From: an uncultured Gammaproteobacteria bacterium
GTDB taxonomy: Bacteria > Patescibacteriota > Patescibacteriia > SG8-24 > DYFX01
Direction of reading: 5' to 3'
Assembly: GCA_964532415.1 (NCBI GenBank)
Contig: CAZHHN010000004.1
Span: 1-59,815 of the forward strand
Length of the DNA: 59,815 nt
The notes beneath the pieces are model-generated. The model was given only the letters and a program-made list of their open reading frames with translations, searched no databases and had not been told where the DNA came from. Made by a program: the position numbers and the translations under genes. Shown here in pieces: positions 8,734 through 19,006 of the stretch; the stretch's first letter is position 1; each line of letters opens with the position of its first letter.

Positions 8734-9642
8734 CTATTCCGCTGATATAAGCCAATTTTTGGCATAACGTAGCGCGTTTCCGGAACGATCGAACCATTTC
8801 AGTTCCGGCAGGCGTTTCCACCACGTCCGCTGGCGCTTAACGTACCGTTCGGTTGACTGGATGACATCCTCCAAGCCGCGTGCAAGGCTTTTATGCCCGT
8901 CCAAAACCGGAAACAGCTCCCGGTAACCGATCGCCGTGTGGAGCGCCCGGGCCCTGTTCGGATCCGGATGGCGTTTCCTGAGCGCGCGTACCTCTTCGAG
9001 GAGGCCCGTGCGGACCATTTTCCGGACGCGCAGGCGGATACGGCGGCTGATCGCAGCTTTACCGGGATCGAGACCGATCATGAGCGTTTCGAAACGTCTC
9101 GGGCCTTTTCCCTGCTGGGCGCTGAAAGGCCGGCCGGTGGCGCGGATAACTTCGAGCGCCCGGGCGGCATAGCGCGGATTGGGTCCGATGCGCGCGGCGT
9201 AGGCCGGATCCAGCTTCCGAAGCCGCGCGAGCATCCAAACGGCGCCCCTGGACGCCAGAAAGGTACGGTAGGCCGGGTCCGGCGGCACTTCCGGAATCTC
9301 GAGATTCTCGACAAGCGCTTGAACGTACAAACCGGTGCCGCCGACGACGATCGGCACCCTGCCACGCCGCAGAATGCCGCGGATGGCCCGAAGCGCCCGG
9401 CGCTTGTATTCGGCCAAGGTCAGGATACCGGCCGGGGTCACGACATCGATCAGATGATGCGGGATGTCACCCCGCTCTTGCGGCGCCGGCTTGGCGGTGC
9501 CGATATTCATGCCGCGATAGAGCAGCCGCGAATCGGCCGAGACGATTTCACCGCCGATGTCCCGGGCCAGGCGCACGGCCAAGGCGGATTTTCCCGATGC
9601 GGTCGGACCGACGATGGCGATCAGGCGCGGGAGCGCGCGCAT
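8734..9642 (-). CDS. miaA: tRNA dimethylallyltransferase
   Basis: P-loop IAIVGPTASGKSALA, then SADSRLLYRGMNIGTAKP, typical MiaA. Confidence 0.9.
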   Translation of the reverse strand: MRALPRLIAIVGPTASGKSALAVRLARDIGGEIVSADSRLLYRGMNIGTAKPAPQERGDIPHHLIDVVTPAGILTLAEYKRRALRAIRGILRRGRVPIVVGGTGLYVQALVENLEIPEVPPDPAYRTFLASRGAVWMLARLRKLDPAYAARIGPNPRYAARALEVIRATGRPFSAQQGKGPRRFETLMIGLDPGKAAISRRIRLRVRKMVRTGLLEEVRALRKRHPDPNRARALHTAIGYRELFPVLDGHKSLARGLEDVIQSTERYVKRQRTWWKRLPELKWFDRSGNALRYAKNWLISAE

Positions 9643-9659
9643 GGAAAATGGCGTTCGCT

Positions 9660-11492
9660 TCAGGAGGCGAGGGTCCGGCCGGAAGATTCCCCGCGGAGGC
9701 GCGCGAGGAAATCGCCGAGCGGCATCTCGACCGCGTCCTTGGAACCGCGAACCCGCACGGACAATCCGGTGGCGTCATGCCAGTCCCCGTTCTCCGGAAT
9801 TTCCCTGTCGCCCAGCACCAGACTGTAGGGAATTTTCATCTTTTCGGCGTTGCGGACCTTTTTGCCGACGGAATCGTCGGATTCGTCGAGCCAGGGCCGG
9901 AGCCCGGCTTGGCGGAAACGCGTCTGAAGAGCGCGGCAGGCTTCGCGGTGCTTTTCCCCGACCGGCAGGAGGGCCACCTGTTCCGGCGCGAGCCAGAGAG
10001 GGAAAGCTCCGGCGAAGTGCTCGATCAGGACGGCCAGAAAACGTTCGATCGAACCCATGATGGCGCAATGGATCATCAGGATCGGTTCTTTCTCGCCTTT
10101 CTCGTTGACGCAGGCCAGTCCGAAATTGCGCGGCTGGTTGAAGTCGAGCTGGATGGTGGCGACCTGCCAGATGCGTCCGAGCGAATCCTCGGCCATGAAA
10201 TCGATCTTCGGGCCGTAGAAGGCCGCTTCGCCGGGGCCGTCGGTCCAGGCGGCGCCATACGCCTCCAAGATTTCCCGCAGGGCGGCTTCGGAGCGCTCCC
10301 ATTCCCCGGCGCTGCCGAGATACTTTTCGGGATGCCCGGGATCGCGTCGCGAAAGGCGCAGGCTGAGACTGAAGCCGAATGTCGTATAAAACGTCTCGAT
10401 GATCGACCAGACGCTTTCGGCCTCTTCGCGCACCTGCGATAGCCGGCAGAAAACATGGGCGTCGTCCTGGGTGATCGAAAGGACGCGCGACAATCCGGAA
10501 AGCTCGCCGGACTGTTCATCGCGGTAGACCATCGTGGTTTCTTCGTAGCGCTGCGGCATCTGGCGGTAGCTGCGCGGCTCGCTGGCGAAGATCTGCGCGT
10601 GATGCGGACAGTTCATCGGCTTCATGGCAAAGACATGGCCTTCGCGCGTCTCGATCCTGAAGAGGTCTTCGGCGAACTTCGCCCAGTGGCCGGAAGTTTC
10701 GTACAGGTCCTTCTTGGTGATGTGCGGGATGGTCACGCGCTGATACCCGCGCGCGCCGCGCAGTTCGTGCACGTAGCCGTCGAGCAGTTCGCGCAGCAGC
10801 GTGCCGCGCGGCGTCCAGAGCGGCAGCCCCGGACCGACCAGATCGGAAAAGACGAAGAGCCCCTGCTCCTTCCCAATTTTGCGATGATCGCGCTTCTCGG
10901 ATTCTTCCAGCATCTTCAGATGGGCGTCGAGCTCTTCCTGCGTCGCGAAAGCCCAGCCGTAGATGCGCTGCATCTGCGCGTTGTCCGGCTTGCCGCGCCA
11001 ATAGGCGCCGGCCACCGATTTGAGCCTGATCGCGCCGACGTCGCCGGAAGATTTCACGTGCGGTCCGCGGCACAGATCGACGAAGTCGCCGGTCCAATAG
11101 ACCGAAGCGGTCGCGCCGGCCGCCACGTCCTGCGCGTCTTCCTCTTTCAGGTTGGTGGTGCCGTGCGCCCTGAGGTCCGAGAGCAGGTCGACTTTGAATT
11201 CCTGGCCGCGCGCCCGGAAAAATTCGATGGCCTGATCGATCGGCATTTCCTCGCGCCGGAAGTCGAGATTTTCGGCCTTGAGGCCGGAAATCGCCTTTTC
11301 GATCGCCGGAAAATCCTCGGCCGTGAGCGGCCGGGGCGTCAGGAGGTCGTAATAGAAGCCGTGCTCGATGACCGGTCCGACGCCGAGTTTGGTGCCGGGA
11401 AACAGCCTGGCGACGGCGGCGGCCACGAGATGGGCGGCCGAGTGGCGCATGCGGTCAAGCTCGTCGTAGTCGGCAGGTTTTTTTGCGGGCAT
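9660..11492 (-). CDS. thrS: Threonine--tRNA ligase
   Basis: 610 aa. HSAAHLVA editing-domain motif, HRKIGKEQGLF, and class II core motifs. Confidence 0.95.
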   Translation of the reverse strand: MPAKKPADYDELDRMRHSAAHLVAAAVARLFPGTKLGVGPVIEHGFYYDLLTPRPLTAEDFPAIEKAISGLKAENLDFRREEMPIDQAIEFFRARGQEFKVDLLSDLRAHGTTNLKEEDAQDVAAGATASVYWTGDFVDLCRGPHVKSSGDVGAIRLKSVAGAYWRGKPDNAQMQRIYGWAFATQEELDAHLKMLEESEKRDHRKIGKEQGLFVFSDLVGPGLPLWTPRGTLLRELLDGYVHELRGARGYQRVTIPHITKKDLYETSGHWAKFAEDLFRIETREGHVFAMKPMNCPHHAQIFASEPRSYRQMPQRYEETTMVYRDEQSGELSGLSRVLSITQDDAHVFCRLSQVREEAESVWSIIETFYTTFGFSLSLRLSRRDPGHPEKYLGSAGEWERSEAALREILEAYGAAWTDGPGEAAFYGPKIDFMAEDSLGRIWQVATIQLDFNQPRNFGLACVNEKGEKEPILMIHCAIMGSIERFLAVLIEHFAGAFPLWLAPEQVALLPVGEKHREACRALQTRFRQAGLRPWLDESDDSVGKKVRNAEKMKIPYSLVLGDREIPENGDWHDATGLSVRVRGSKDAVEMPLGDFLARLRGESSGRTLAS

Positions 11493-11547
11493 ACGGGATG
11501 CGGGACGTATTTTACCGGTTCACCTTAGCATGGCCGCTCCGGAATCG

Positions 11548-11570
11548 AAAAGCCCCGCCGGGCGCGGGGC
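11548..11570 (-). terminator. Intrinsic terminator after the 11578-13080 gene
   Basis: On the minus strand: GCCCCGC-loop-GCGGGGC followed by CTTTTCG. Confidence 0.6.
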
Positions 11571-11577
11571 CGGACGG

Positions 11578-13080
11578 TCACTTTTGGATCTGGAAATCGA
11601 TGCGGTCGGGCAGGAGCGGCATGCGCTTGAGCCAGAACGGGCGGAACTTCACTTCGATCTTTTCCACGCCTTCAATGCCGTCGAAATAACCTTCGACGTC
11701 CTTGAGTCCAAGACCGCGGAGTTTGGAGGCGTCGAAGAGCGGGCCGGAGAGGGAGACCTGCGATTCCCCTTTCAGGCGCGCGTGCAGGCTGGCGGTGCCG
11801 GCTTTGGGATCGGCCGAGACGGCGTTGAGTTCGGCGTGCTCCGTGTCGACTCCGGTCAGCTCGCGCTCGGAGGTCAACCCGCGCTTCATGTCATCGACTG
11901 CGAGCGCGAGCGCCTTATCGCGGTCGAAATCGACGGAACGGACGCGGAGCGTCAGCCGGACGGTCACGCCGGAGGCCTCCTGTCCGGGCGCGGCGCTGAC
12001 GGAGCGGGTCATGGTCTCGGCGACCAGGCTGTGGCCCGTCCATTTCGGATCGGCGGTTTTGGCCAGCTCGTCTTCGGCCTGTCTGGTGAGTTGGTCGCGC
12101 AGGCCGTTTTCGGCCCGGTCGATGTCGGCCTGGGAGATGGTACCGCTCGAAACGACGCCGCCGGTCATGGCCGCATCGCTCGAGGCGTAAATCAGCTTCT
12201 GCAGATCGGCGCTCAGGCCGGGAATGGTGAAGGTGGTAGGGCCAATGTTGCCGCTCGCGCCGGGCCGATCGGCATAGGCGTCGGCGGCCACATGCCCGTG
12301 AGCCGGAACGTTCGCGCGGGACTTCAGCCGGAACAGGATGCCGTCCGACGTGAGCAGGCGCGTGGTGGCGACAAGCGTTTGGTCGTTCCCCGACCCGTTG
12401 ACGAGCGTCACGGTGCCGCGCGCCGTACCGTCGGTCGGGGTCGCCCCGGAAGGAGCCTCGGTCCGGTCTCCGCCGACCGTCACTTCGGCCACCTGGCCGG
12501 GCACGTCGCCCTCGCGGACGTCACCGGCGACCGAAAGGTCCTGCTCCGAACGGATTTCGGCTTTCTGCGGATAGACGAGCACCGTGGCATGGGCATAGAC
12601 CGCGTAGGCGACGGCGGCGCCGATGAGCAGCACCGGAACGGAAAATCCGAGCGCGATCTTCCGAAACAGTCCGGTGCGCACGTTCGGGCGCAGCCCTTCG
12701 CGGTCGCTTTCGTGCATGTCCTCAGGATCGTCCAGGGCGTCTTCCACTTCCTGCCGCGCGCCCTGGCGCTGAAGCAGTACACGGGGTGGCGACGAAAGAT
12801 CGGTGCCGCTCCGGGGAGCGGGCTTCCAGAATTCTTCAACTTCGCCATCAAGACGACGCTCCGGTTCGATGGTCATGCGCGGCGGCACCACGATCTGCGC
12901 CGGAATGGGCCTGATCGGAATCGAAACGGGCTGTCTGGGCGCGGGCGGCAGACCGGCGGACGCTTCCGGTTCGGTTACGACCTTCTTTCTGGAGGCGCGC
13001 GGTTTTTTCGGAGCAGCCTCAAGCCCGCCTCCGACAGGCGTTGTCTCTTCGTCGGCCCCCTTTTTCCTCCTGGGCGACAT
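11578..13080 (-). CDS. Hypothetical single-pass membrane protein with a large extracytoplasmic domain
   Basis: Basic N-terminus, one TM (IALGFSVPVLLIGAAVAYAVY), then a beta-rich region (GTVTLVNGSGNDQTLVATTRLLTSDGILFRL). From memory it resembles proteins auto-annotated as baseplate J-like in CPR genomes; this is unverified. Confidence 0.6.
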   Translation of the reverse strand: MSPRRKKGADEETTPVGGGLEAAPKKPRASRKKVVTEPEASAGLPPAPRQPVSIPIRPIPAQIVVPPRMTIEPERRLDGEVEEFWKPAPRSGTDLSSPPRVLLQRQGARQEVEDALDDPEDMHESDREGLRPNVRTGLFRKIALGFSVPVLLIGAAVAYAVYAHATVLVYPQKAEIRSEQDLSVAGDVREGDVPGQVAEVTVGGDRTEAPSGATPTDGTARGTVTLVNGSGNDQTLVATTRLLTSDGILFRLKSRANVPAHGHVAADAYADRPGASGNIGPTTFTIPGLSADLQKLIYASSDAAMTGGVVSSGTISQADIDRAENGLRDQLTRQAEDELAKTADPKWTGHSLVAETMTRSVSAAPGQEASGVTVRLTLRVRSVDFDRDKALALAVDDMKRGLTSERELTGVDTEHAELNAVSADPKAGTASLHARLKGESQVSLSGPLFDASKLRGLGLKDVEGYFDGIEGVEKIEVKFRPFWLKRMPLLPDRIDFQIQK

Positions 13081-13120
13081 AGTGGATCAAGTATAGCACG
13101 GGAGCTGACTGACGGTCATC

Positions 13121-15388
13121 TCAGGCCACCTTGTCGAGCGTTCCACGCGCCGCGATGATCTCCTGCCGGTCCGCCTCGGCCTGCGCATGATGACGGATGG
13201 CCTGCTCGAGTTGAGCCCGCTGTACCGCGTTCGCCTGCTCGAGCGTGTCGATGCGTCTTTGCAGCCTGGCGACATGGGCTTTGAGAAAAGACACTCTGGT
13301 CTCGGCGGCCAGCAAAACATCCAGAAACTCTTTCCGGTTCTTCTCCCGCGCCCGGACTTCTCCGACGGTCCTGAGGACGTAGTCCAAAACAGCCTCTTCG
13401 AGCACCTCGTTTTGCAACGACAGATCGGCCGCCAAATCGAGGAGATGATCGCGGCCGCCGAGTTCGGCGAAAATCGCCTTATTGGAGAAGTTGATCAGGG
13501 CCTCGACCTGCCTGGCACGCAGTCCGGGATCGGACGCTTCTTTCACGCCACGCAACGCCTCGATCAGCAACAGGAAGCGCGAATACGCTTTTTCATACTC
13601 GATGCCGGTATCGGCCGCGCGCGTCATCAGTTCCGCCTGCAGGTTGCGCAGCCTCCCTGGATCGGCCCGGTCCTCGTCGGTGATTTCGCCGCCGGCGACG
13701 GCAGCGGCATAGACCGCTTCGAGCATGGCGCGGTCGGCCAGGCCGCAATTGAACGAAAGTTTCGTCGGAGCGTATTCGGCCAGCGACTTCGGACCTTTCG
13801 GGATGGGGTCGGCCGCCACTTCCAGCGCCTTGAGCGCGGCGATGAAACGGTCGGCCGCGTCGGCGCCGCCTTCGACCTGGATGGTGAATTCGTCGCCGCC
13901 GTAACGATAGACCTCGCCTTCCAGCCCGGCGTTTCCGAGCGCCTGCTCCATCAGCAGCGCCGCGGTCTTGAGGGCGCGATCGCCGACGTCCGTGCCGCCC
14001 ATCTGATCGAAATACTTCAGGAATCCCATGTCGACGAAGACGACCGCGACGTCGCGGTTTCCTTCGATGGCCCGTTCGAGATCTTCATAGTGGGCGCCGC
14101 GGGCGAGAAGGCCCGTACCGCGATCGCGGCGGGCCGTTTCAAGCTGGTACTCCAGCCTGGCATTCTGGGCGCGCCGTGCCGCCAATCCGTCCTGCGGATT
14201 GGCCTTGGCGTCTTTCGCAAACGTCTCCATCCGGACGCGTTTGGCATCCAAGACCCGATCGCCTCCGGTCTGCAGCTTCCCCGGCAAGACGAATTCCCCG
14301 GCTTCGGGCAAAAGCGGCGGGATGCCGCGGGCCTTCACGCGCGCTTCGACGATCTCCTGAAACTGATCTTCGACGCGACGGCTTCCCGCGAAGCGCTTCT
14401 CGGCCGCCGCCAGCGCCATCTGTTGGACCGTTTCCGGAAAATCATCGGCGGCCTCACCCGTGACGGCCTTCTCAAAATCGTCAAATGTCGCCAGTGCGGT
14501 GCCCTGAAAGGCTTTTTTCAGGTAGTTGTCGAAAAACTCACGGGCTTCGGGATCCTGCGAGGCGATCTTCTCCCGCATGCGGTCGGCCCGTTGCCCGAGC
14601 TTGGCGGCTTCCATCTGCCAATCGGCCGCCCGCCGCAGGACCTCGACCAGTTCGCGGGCGGCTTCCTCGCCGGAATCGAGCTTGGCTCCGTCCGGCAACT
14701 CCGCCTGCAGATGGTTGAGCAGCGCCAGCGCATCGGCCATATCCACCCGGCCGACCGTAAGCGGCGCCGGTTCCCTGACGCCCTGAACCGAGGGCTGAGA
14801 TTCGCACAGGCGGACTTCGAGCGCGTACGCCTGTTCTTCGGAGATATCGGCGAGATCGATCAGGAAGGTGTTGCCGTCATAGCGGTAGACGGCGTGTTCC
14901 GCCCCGGAACCCGTCGCGCCTTTCAGGGCCGTACCGAGCGTCTGCTCGATCTGCTCTTCGGTGGCGGAAAGCGCCGCATCGCCGGCCGCATGCCCGCCGC
15001 CCTCCTTATTGAAGCGGTCGAGTTCGCCCATGTTGACGAGCAAGAAACGCCGGCGAGACTGCGATTCCGGCAGCACAAAACGGCCTCCGGCATCGGTTTC
15101 GACGGCGGCCCGCCCGTCCGGTCCGGTTTCAAACAGCTGCTGGATATGGCGGCCGAGCCGGTTGAATTTGAAGGCGCCGGTATTGTCGTGCTCGGCCTCG
15201 AACAACCGCTGTTCCAGGCGGACCATCTCGAGATCGAGCTTGGCCGTTTCATCGGTCGGATGCTCCCGGAAAACGGTCTCGGCGCGGAAGACGCGATCGG
15301 CCAGCGCGCTGATCTCCCGCACCCGCGCGTCCGCGGGATCGATCCGATCGCGCATTCGGAATTTTCCCGGCTTTCTGGGTATCGTCAT
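13121..15388 (-). CDS. Protein with two GGDEF/Palm-like nucleotidyl cyclase domains and a C-terminal coiled coil
   Basis: Domain 1 is LLVNMGELDRFNKEGGGHAAGDAAL...YRYDGNTFLIDL, with a degenerate signature. Domain 2 is VVFVDMGFLKYFDQMGGTDVGDRAL...YRYGGDEFTIQV, with an intact GGDEF. No TM or obvious sensor domain. Confidence 0.7.
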   Translation of the reverse strand: MTIPRKPGKFRMRDRIDPADARVREISALADRVFRAETVFREHPTDETAKLDLEMVRLEQRLFEAEHDNTGAFKFNRLGRHIQQLFETGPDGRAAVETDAGGRFVLPESQSRRRFLLVNMGELDRFNKEGGGHAAGDAALSATEEQIEQTLGTALKGATGSGAEHAVYRYDGNTFLIDLADISEEQAYALEVRLCESQPSVQGVREPAPLTVGRVDMADALALLNHLQAELPDGAKLDSGEEAARELVEVLRRAADWQMEAAKLGQRADRMREKIASQDPEAREFFDNYLKKAFQGTALATFDDFEKAVTGEAADDFPETVQQMALAAAEKRFAGSRRVEDQFQEIVEARVKARGIPPLLPEAGEFVLPGKLQTGGDRVLDAKRVRMETFAKDAKANPQDGLAARRAQNARLEYQLETARRDRGTGLLARGAHYEDLERAIEGNRDVAVVFVDMGFLKYFDQMGGTDVGDRALKTAALLMEQALGNAGLEGEVYRYGGDEFTIQVEGGADAADRFIAALKALEVAADPIPKGPKSLAEYAPTKLSFNCGLADRAMLEAVYAAAVAGGEITDEDRADPGRLRNLQAELMTRAADTGIEYEKAYSRFLLLIEALRGVKEASDPGLRARQVEALINFSNKAIFAELGGRDHLLDLAADLSLQNEVLEEAVLDYVLRTVGEVRAREKNRKEFLDVLLAAETRVSFLKAHVARLQRRIDTLEQANAVQRAQLEQAIRHHAQAEADRQEIIAARGTLDKVA

Positions 15389-15443
15389 AACGCACTCTGC
15401 ATGCTCTTTATACCACGCGCCTGCCGTCCGAAAAAAGCGGGGG

Positions 15444-18400
15444 TTATGCAGCCGGCTGCAGGACCCTGACGTTCCCCATCCCGACGTGTTTCTCGATGGC
15501 GGAAACGGCGTCGGCGGACGGATCGATCAGAAAGGACGTCTCGACGCGCTGCACGCCGCCTTCGGCGCGGACGTCGAGCGCCACCAACGCGCGACCGGGA
15601 AATTTGGCCAGGGTCGATTTCAGCGCCGCGACGGCGGACGGCGGCATTCGGGACGGCAGGCTGACGCGCACTTCCCCGGCGGTGGCGCGCGCCTTGGGCC
15701 GCTGCATCTGGAGCATCATCTCGGAACTGACTTCTTCGCCGCTGAAATGCTTCTTGTACACGGGGATGGTTTCGTCGGTCAGCGCCCAGCCGCGGTCGGC
15801 CAGGATCTTGGGTTCGTCGTCCTTGCGCGAAATTTTTCCGGTCACCGCCAGATTGGCGCCTTCGACCCAGACCGAGCCGTTCTCCTTGAAGACGCTCGGG
15901 AAAACCAGGCACTCGGCCGTGCCGCTCTGGTCGGTGATGGTGGCGAAGAGCATCGGCTCGCCGGTTTTTTTTGTGGTGATCTGCTTGACGGCCGTGACGG
16001 TGCCGCCGACCCTGACCGGCGCGCGTTCCTGAAAGGCCAGCGCTTTCGAAAGCGGCGTGAGCAATTCGCCGAATTGTTTGGAGACTTCCTCGAACGGGTG
16101 CGCGCTGACGTACAGGCCGAGCAGATCCTTTTCCCAGGCGAGCTTCTGCCGGCGCGTGGCCGGCGGAACGTTCCGCAACCCCAGCATCGGCACGAGTTCG
16201 GTGCCGGCCGGCACGACGAAGGCGAACAGGTTGGACTGCCCGTTCTCCCGTTCCCTGGCCATGTTCTTATTGTAGGTCGTGAGCACGTCGAGATTCTCGG
16301 CGATGCGGTTGCGGTCCTCGAAGGCGTCGAGCGCGCCGGACTTGGCCAGGCATTCGAGCGATTTCTTGTTGAAGGCCTTGCCGGAGATGCGGCCGGCGAA
16401 ATCGGCCAGGTCCCTGAAGGCGCCGCTCTGCCTGCGCTCGTCGATGATCGCCTTGACCGTATCGTCGCCCAGGCCCTTGATGGTGCCGAGTCCGAAGCGG
16501 ATGTGCGCGTCGTCAATATAGGTGAAGCCGGCCTCGGAGCTGTTCACGTCCGGGGGCAGCACTTCGATTCCCATCGTCCCGCACTCCTTGACCGCCAGCG
16601 CGACCGTGTCGAGATCGCCGGACTCGGCCGTCATGAGGGCCGTCATGTATTCGGCCGGGAAGTTGGCCTTCATGTAGGCGGTCTGGTACGCGACGATCGC
16701 ATAGGACGCGGCGTGCGCCTTGTTGAAGCCGTAGGCGGCGAACGGCTTGATCAATTCCCACAGCTCTTCGGCCTTGGCCTTAATCATGCCGTGCGCGACC
16801 ACGCCTTCCTTGAACTTGATCTCCTGCTTGGCCATTTCCTCCGGAATCTTCTTGCCCATGGCCTTGCGGAACTTGTCAGCCTCCAGCCAGTCGTAGCCCG
16901 CCAGGTTGATGGCGGTCAAGAGCACGTCGTCCTGATAGACCAGCATGCCGTACGACATCTGGAGATAGTCCTTCATGCGCGGATCGAGGTAGGCGATCAG
17001 CCGCGGATTGTGCTTGCGCTTGATGAAGTCCGGAATGATTTCGATCGGGCCCGGACGGTAGAGCGCCACCATGGCCATGATGTCTTCCAGCACCGTCGGC
17101 TTGAGCTGCATCAGGTACTTGGTCATGCCGTCGCCGTTCAGCTGAAAGAGGCCCATGGTTTTGCCGGCCGCCAGCATCTCGAAGGTCTTCCTGTCGTCGC
17201 GCTTCATGTGCACCAGGTCGATCTCGACGCCTTTGGTTTTACGGGCCAGCTCGATGGCGTATTCCAAAATCGAAAGGTTGCGGATGCCGAGGAAGTCCAT
17301 CTTGAGGACGCCGGCCGCCTCGACCGAGTTCATCTCGTACTGCGTGATGATCGCCTCGCCCCCGGATTCGCGCTGCAGCGGCGTGTATTCGACCAGCGGC
17401 TTGTCGGAAATCACAACGCCGGCGGCGTGCACCGAGCAGTGGCGCGCGTTGCCCTCGATCTGCCTGGCCAGCCCGATCAGGCGGCGCACTTCCGGCTCGC
17501 GGTCGTAGCGCGCTTTCAGCTCTGGCGTTTCCTTGAGCGCGCGGTCGATCGTCATGGCGAAGCCCTGCGAACCCATCGGGATCTGCTTGGCGAGCTGGTC
17601 GCAAAAGGCGATCGGATAGCCCAAAGCGCGGCCGGTGTCGCGCACCGAAGCGCGCGCCGCCATCGTTCCGAAGGTGCAAATCTGGGCGACGCGGTCAACG
17701 CCGTACTTGCCTTTCACGTACTCCAGCACCTCGCCGCGCCGGTGGTCGGCGAAGTCCATGTCGATATCGGGCGCGGAGGGACGCAGCGGGTTCAGGAAGC
17801 GTTCGAACGGCAGGTTGAAATCCAGCGGATTGACGGTCACGATGCCGATCGAGAAGGCCATCAGCGAGCCGGCCGCCGAGCCTCTGGTCGTCGAGATGAT
17901 CCCCTGCCCGCGCGCCCAGGAAGCGTAGTCGGCGACCACCAGGAAGTAGGTGGCGTAGCCTTTCTTCTCGACGATGTCCAGCTCATACGCCAAACGGTCG
18001 AGTTCGACTTGGTTCAGTTCGCGCTTCAGAAGCTGCGGCAGCCTCTCGTAGGAAATTTTTTTCAAATAGTCGATGGGCGTCAGGCCGTCGGGGATCTCGT
18101 AGATCGGAAAGTTCCATTTGCCGAGTTCGAGCTTCACGTCGCAGCGCTCGGCGATTTTGGCGTTGTTCTCGAGCGCCTCGGGGAGATCCCTGAAGGCTTC
18201 CTCGACTTCCCCGGGCGCGGACATCGAAAGGTCGTAGTCGGCGGTGACGGAGCGCTCGCGATCCTCGAGCGTGCGGTTGTCCTTGATGCAGAGCAGCAGA
18301 TTGCGCGCTTCGGATTCTTCTTCCTTCAGGTAGTAGACGTTGCGCGAAGCGACCACGCCGATGCCGAGTTCCCTGCCGAGCGCCACGAAGGCGTCGTTGG

Positions 18401-18959
18401 TTTCCTTCTGCGTCGGGTTGTCGGGCTGATGATCCAGCTCGAAGAAGAAATTATCCGCGCCCAAGATGCCGAGATATTCCCTGGCGCGCTCGCGGGCTTT
18501 TTCGACGTCGCCGTCCTTCAGCCACCTGCCGATGTCGCTGCGCGCGCCGGAGAGCGCGATCAGTCCCCCGCCGTGCTGGCGGAGCAAGTTGCGGTCGATG
18601 CGTGGGCGGTAGTAGAAGCCGTCGAGATACGCGACCGAAGCGAGCTTCATCAGGTTCTTGTAGCCCTGCATGTTCTCGGCCAGGAGCACCAGGCGCGTGT
18701 TCTTGTCGTCAACGCGGTGGCGCTTGAGATCGATGGTGTCGACCGCCACGAAGGCGTCGTAGCCGTAGATCGGCTTGATCTCGGACTTGGCGCACTCCTG
18801 CGCGAACTCGATCATGCCAAACATGTTGCCGTTGTCCGTCATGGCCAGCGCCGTCGCTCCCTGCGACTTGGCGAACTTCACCAATTTGTCCACCTGCGGC
18901 AAAGCCTCCAATAAGGAGTAGTGGCTATGGGTATGGAGGTGGGTGAAGCGGGGGGACAT
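15444..18959 (-). CDS. dnaE: DNA polymerase III subunit alpha
   Basis: Start taken at ATG 18959 (MSPRFTHLHTHSHYSLLEA, PHP domain). A TTG at 18986 is an alternative start. About 1171 aa with a conserved polymerase core. Confidence 0.95.
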   Translation of the reverse strand: MSPRFTHLHTHSHYSLLEALPQVDKLVKFAKSQGATALAMTDNGNMFGMIEFAQECAKSEIKPIYGYDAFVAVDTIDLKRHRVDDKNTRLVLLAENMQGYKNLMKLASVAYLDGFYYRPRIDRNLLRQHGGGLIALSGARSDIGRWLKDGDVEKARERAREYLGILGADNFFFELDHQPDNPTQKETNDAFVALGRELGIGVVASRNVYYLKEEESEARNLLLCIKDNRTLEDRERSVTADYDLSMSAPGEVEEAFRDLPEALENNAKIAERCDVKLELGKWNFPIYEIPDGLTPIDYLKKISYERLPQLLKRELNQVELDRLAYELDIVEKKGYATYFLVVADYASWARGQGIISTTRGSAAGSLMAFSIGIVTVNPLDFNLPFERFLNPLRPSAPDIDMDFADHRRGEVLEYVKGKYGVDRVAQICTFGTMAARASVRDTGRALGYPIAFCDQLAKQIPMGSQGFAMTIDRALKETPELKARYDREPEVRRLIGLARQIEGNARHCSVHAAGVVISDKPLVEYTPLQRESGGEAIITQYEMNSVEAAGVLKMDFLGIRNLSILEYAIELARKTKGVEIDLVHMKRDDRKTFEMLAAGKTMGLFQLNGDGMTKYLMQLKPTVLEDIMAMVALYRPGPIEIIPDFIKRKHNPRLIAYLDPRMKDYLQMSYGMLVYQDDVLLTAINLAGYDWLEADKFRKAMGKKIPEEMAKQEIKFKEGVVAHGMIKAKAEELWELIKPFAAYGFNKAHAASYAIVAYQTAYMKANFPAEYMTALMTAESGDLDTVALAVKECGTMGIEVLPPDVNSSEAGFTYIDDAHIRFGLGTIKGLGDDTVKAIIDERRQSGAFRDLADFAGRISGKAFNKKSLECLAKSGALDAFEDRNRIAENLDVLTTYNKNMARERENGQSNLFAFVVPAGTELVPMLGLRNVPPATRRQKLAWEKDLLGLYVSAHPFEEVSKQFGELLTPLSKALAFQERAPVRVGGTVTAVKQITTKKTGEPMLFATITDQSGTAECLVFPSVFKENGSVWVEGANLAVTGKISRKDDEPKILADRGWALTDETIPVYKKHFSGEEVSSEMMLQMQRPKARATAGEVRVSLPSRMPPSAVAALKSTLAKFPGRALVALDVRAEGGVQRVETSFLIDPSADAVSAIEKHVGMGNVRVLQPAA

Positions 18960-19006
18960 ATCAACAGTGTACCCGATATAACTCAAAGAGTAGGGGGCGA
19001 GGGCAA

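Noticed and set aside
8073-8767. ORFs 8073-8423(-), 8305-8538(-), 8363-8767(+) and 8439-8645(-) in the intergenic and sRNA region.
   Set aside because: They run across two terminator hairpins and a promoter and overlap each other. Their low-complexity translations show no coding support.
14961-18914. Very long antisense ORFs. Examples are the 1317-aa ORF opposite dnaE, plus 13187-15469, 45361-48003, 51357-53495, 36995-39052, 5921-7411, 2860-4362 and 49456-50742.
   Set aside because: Their translations are low-complexity and rich in Arg, Gly, Ala and Pro, with no motifs. The opposite strand encodes clearly conserved proteins (DnaE, ClpC, RadA, GatB and others). High-GC codon bias routinely leaves antisense frames free of stops.
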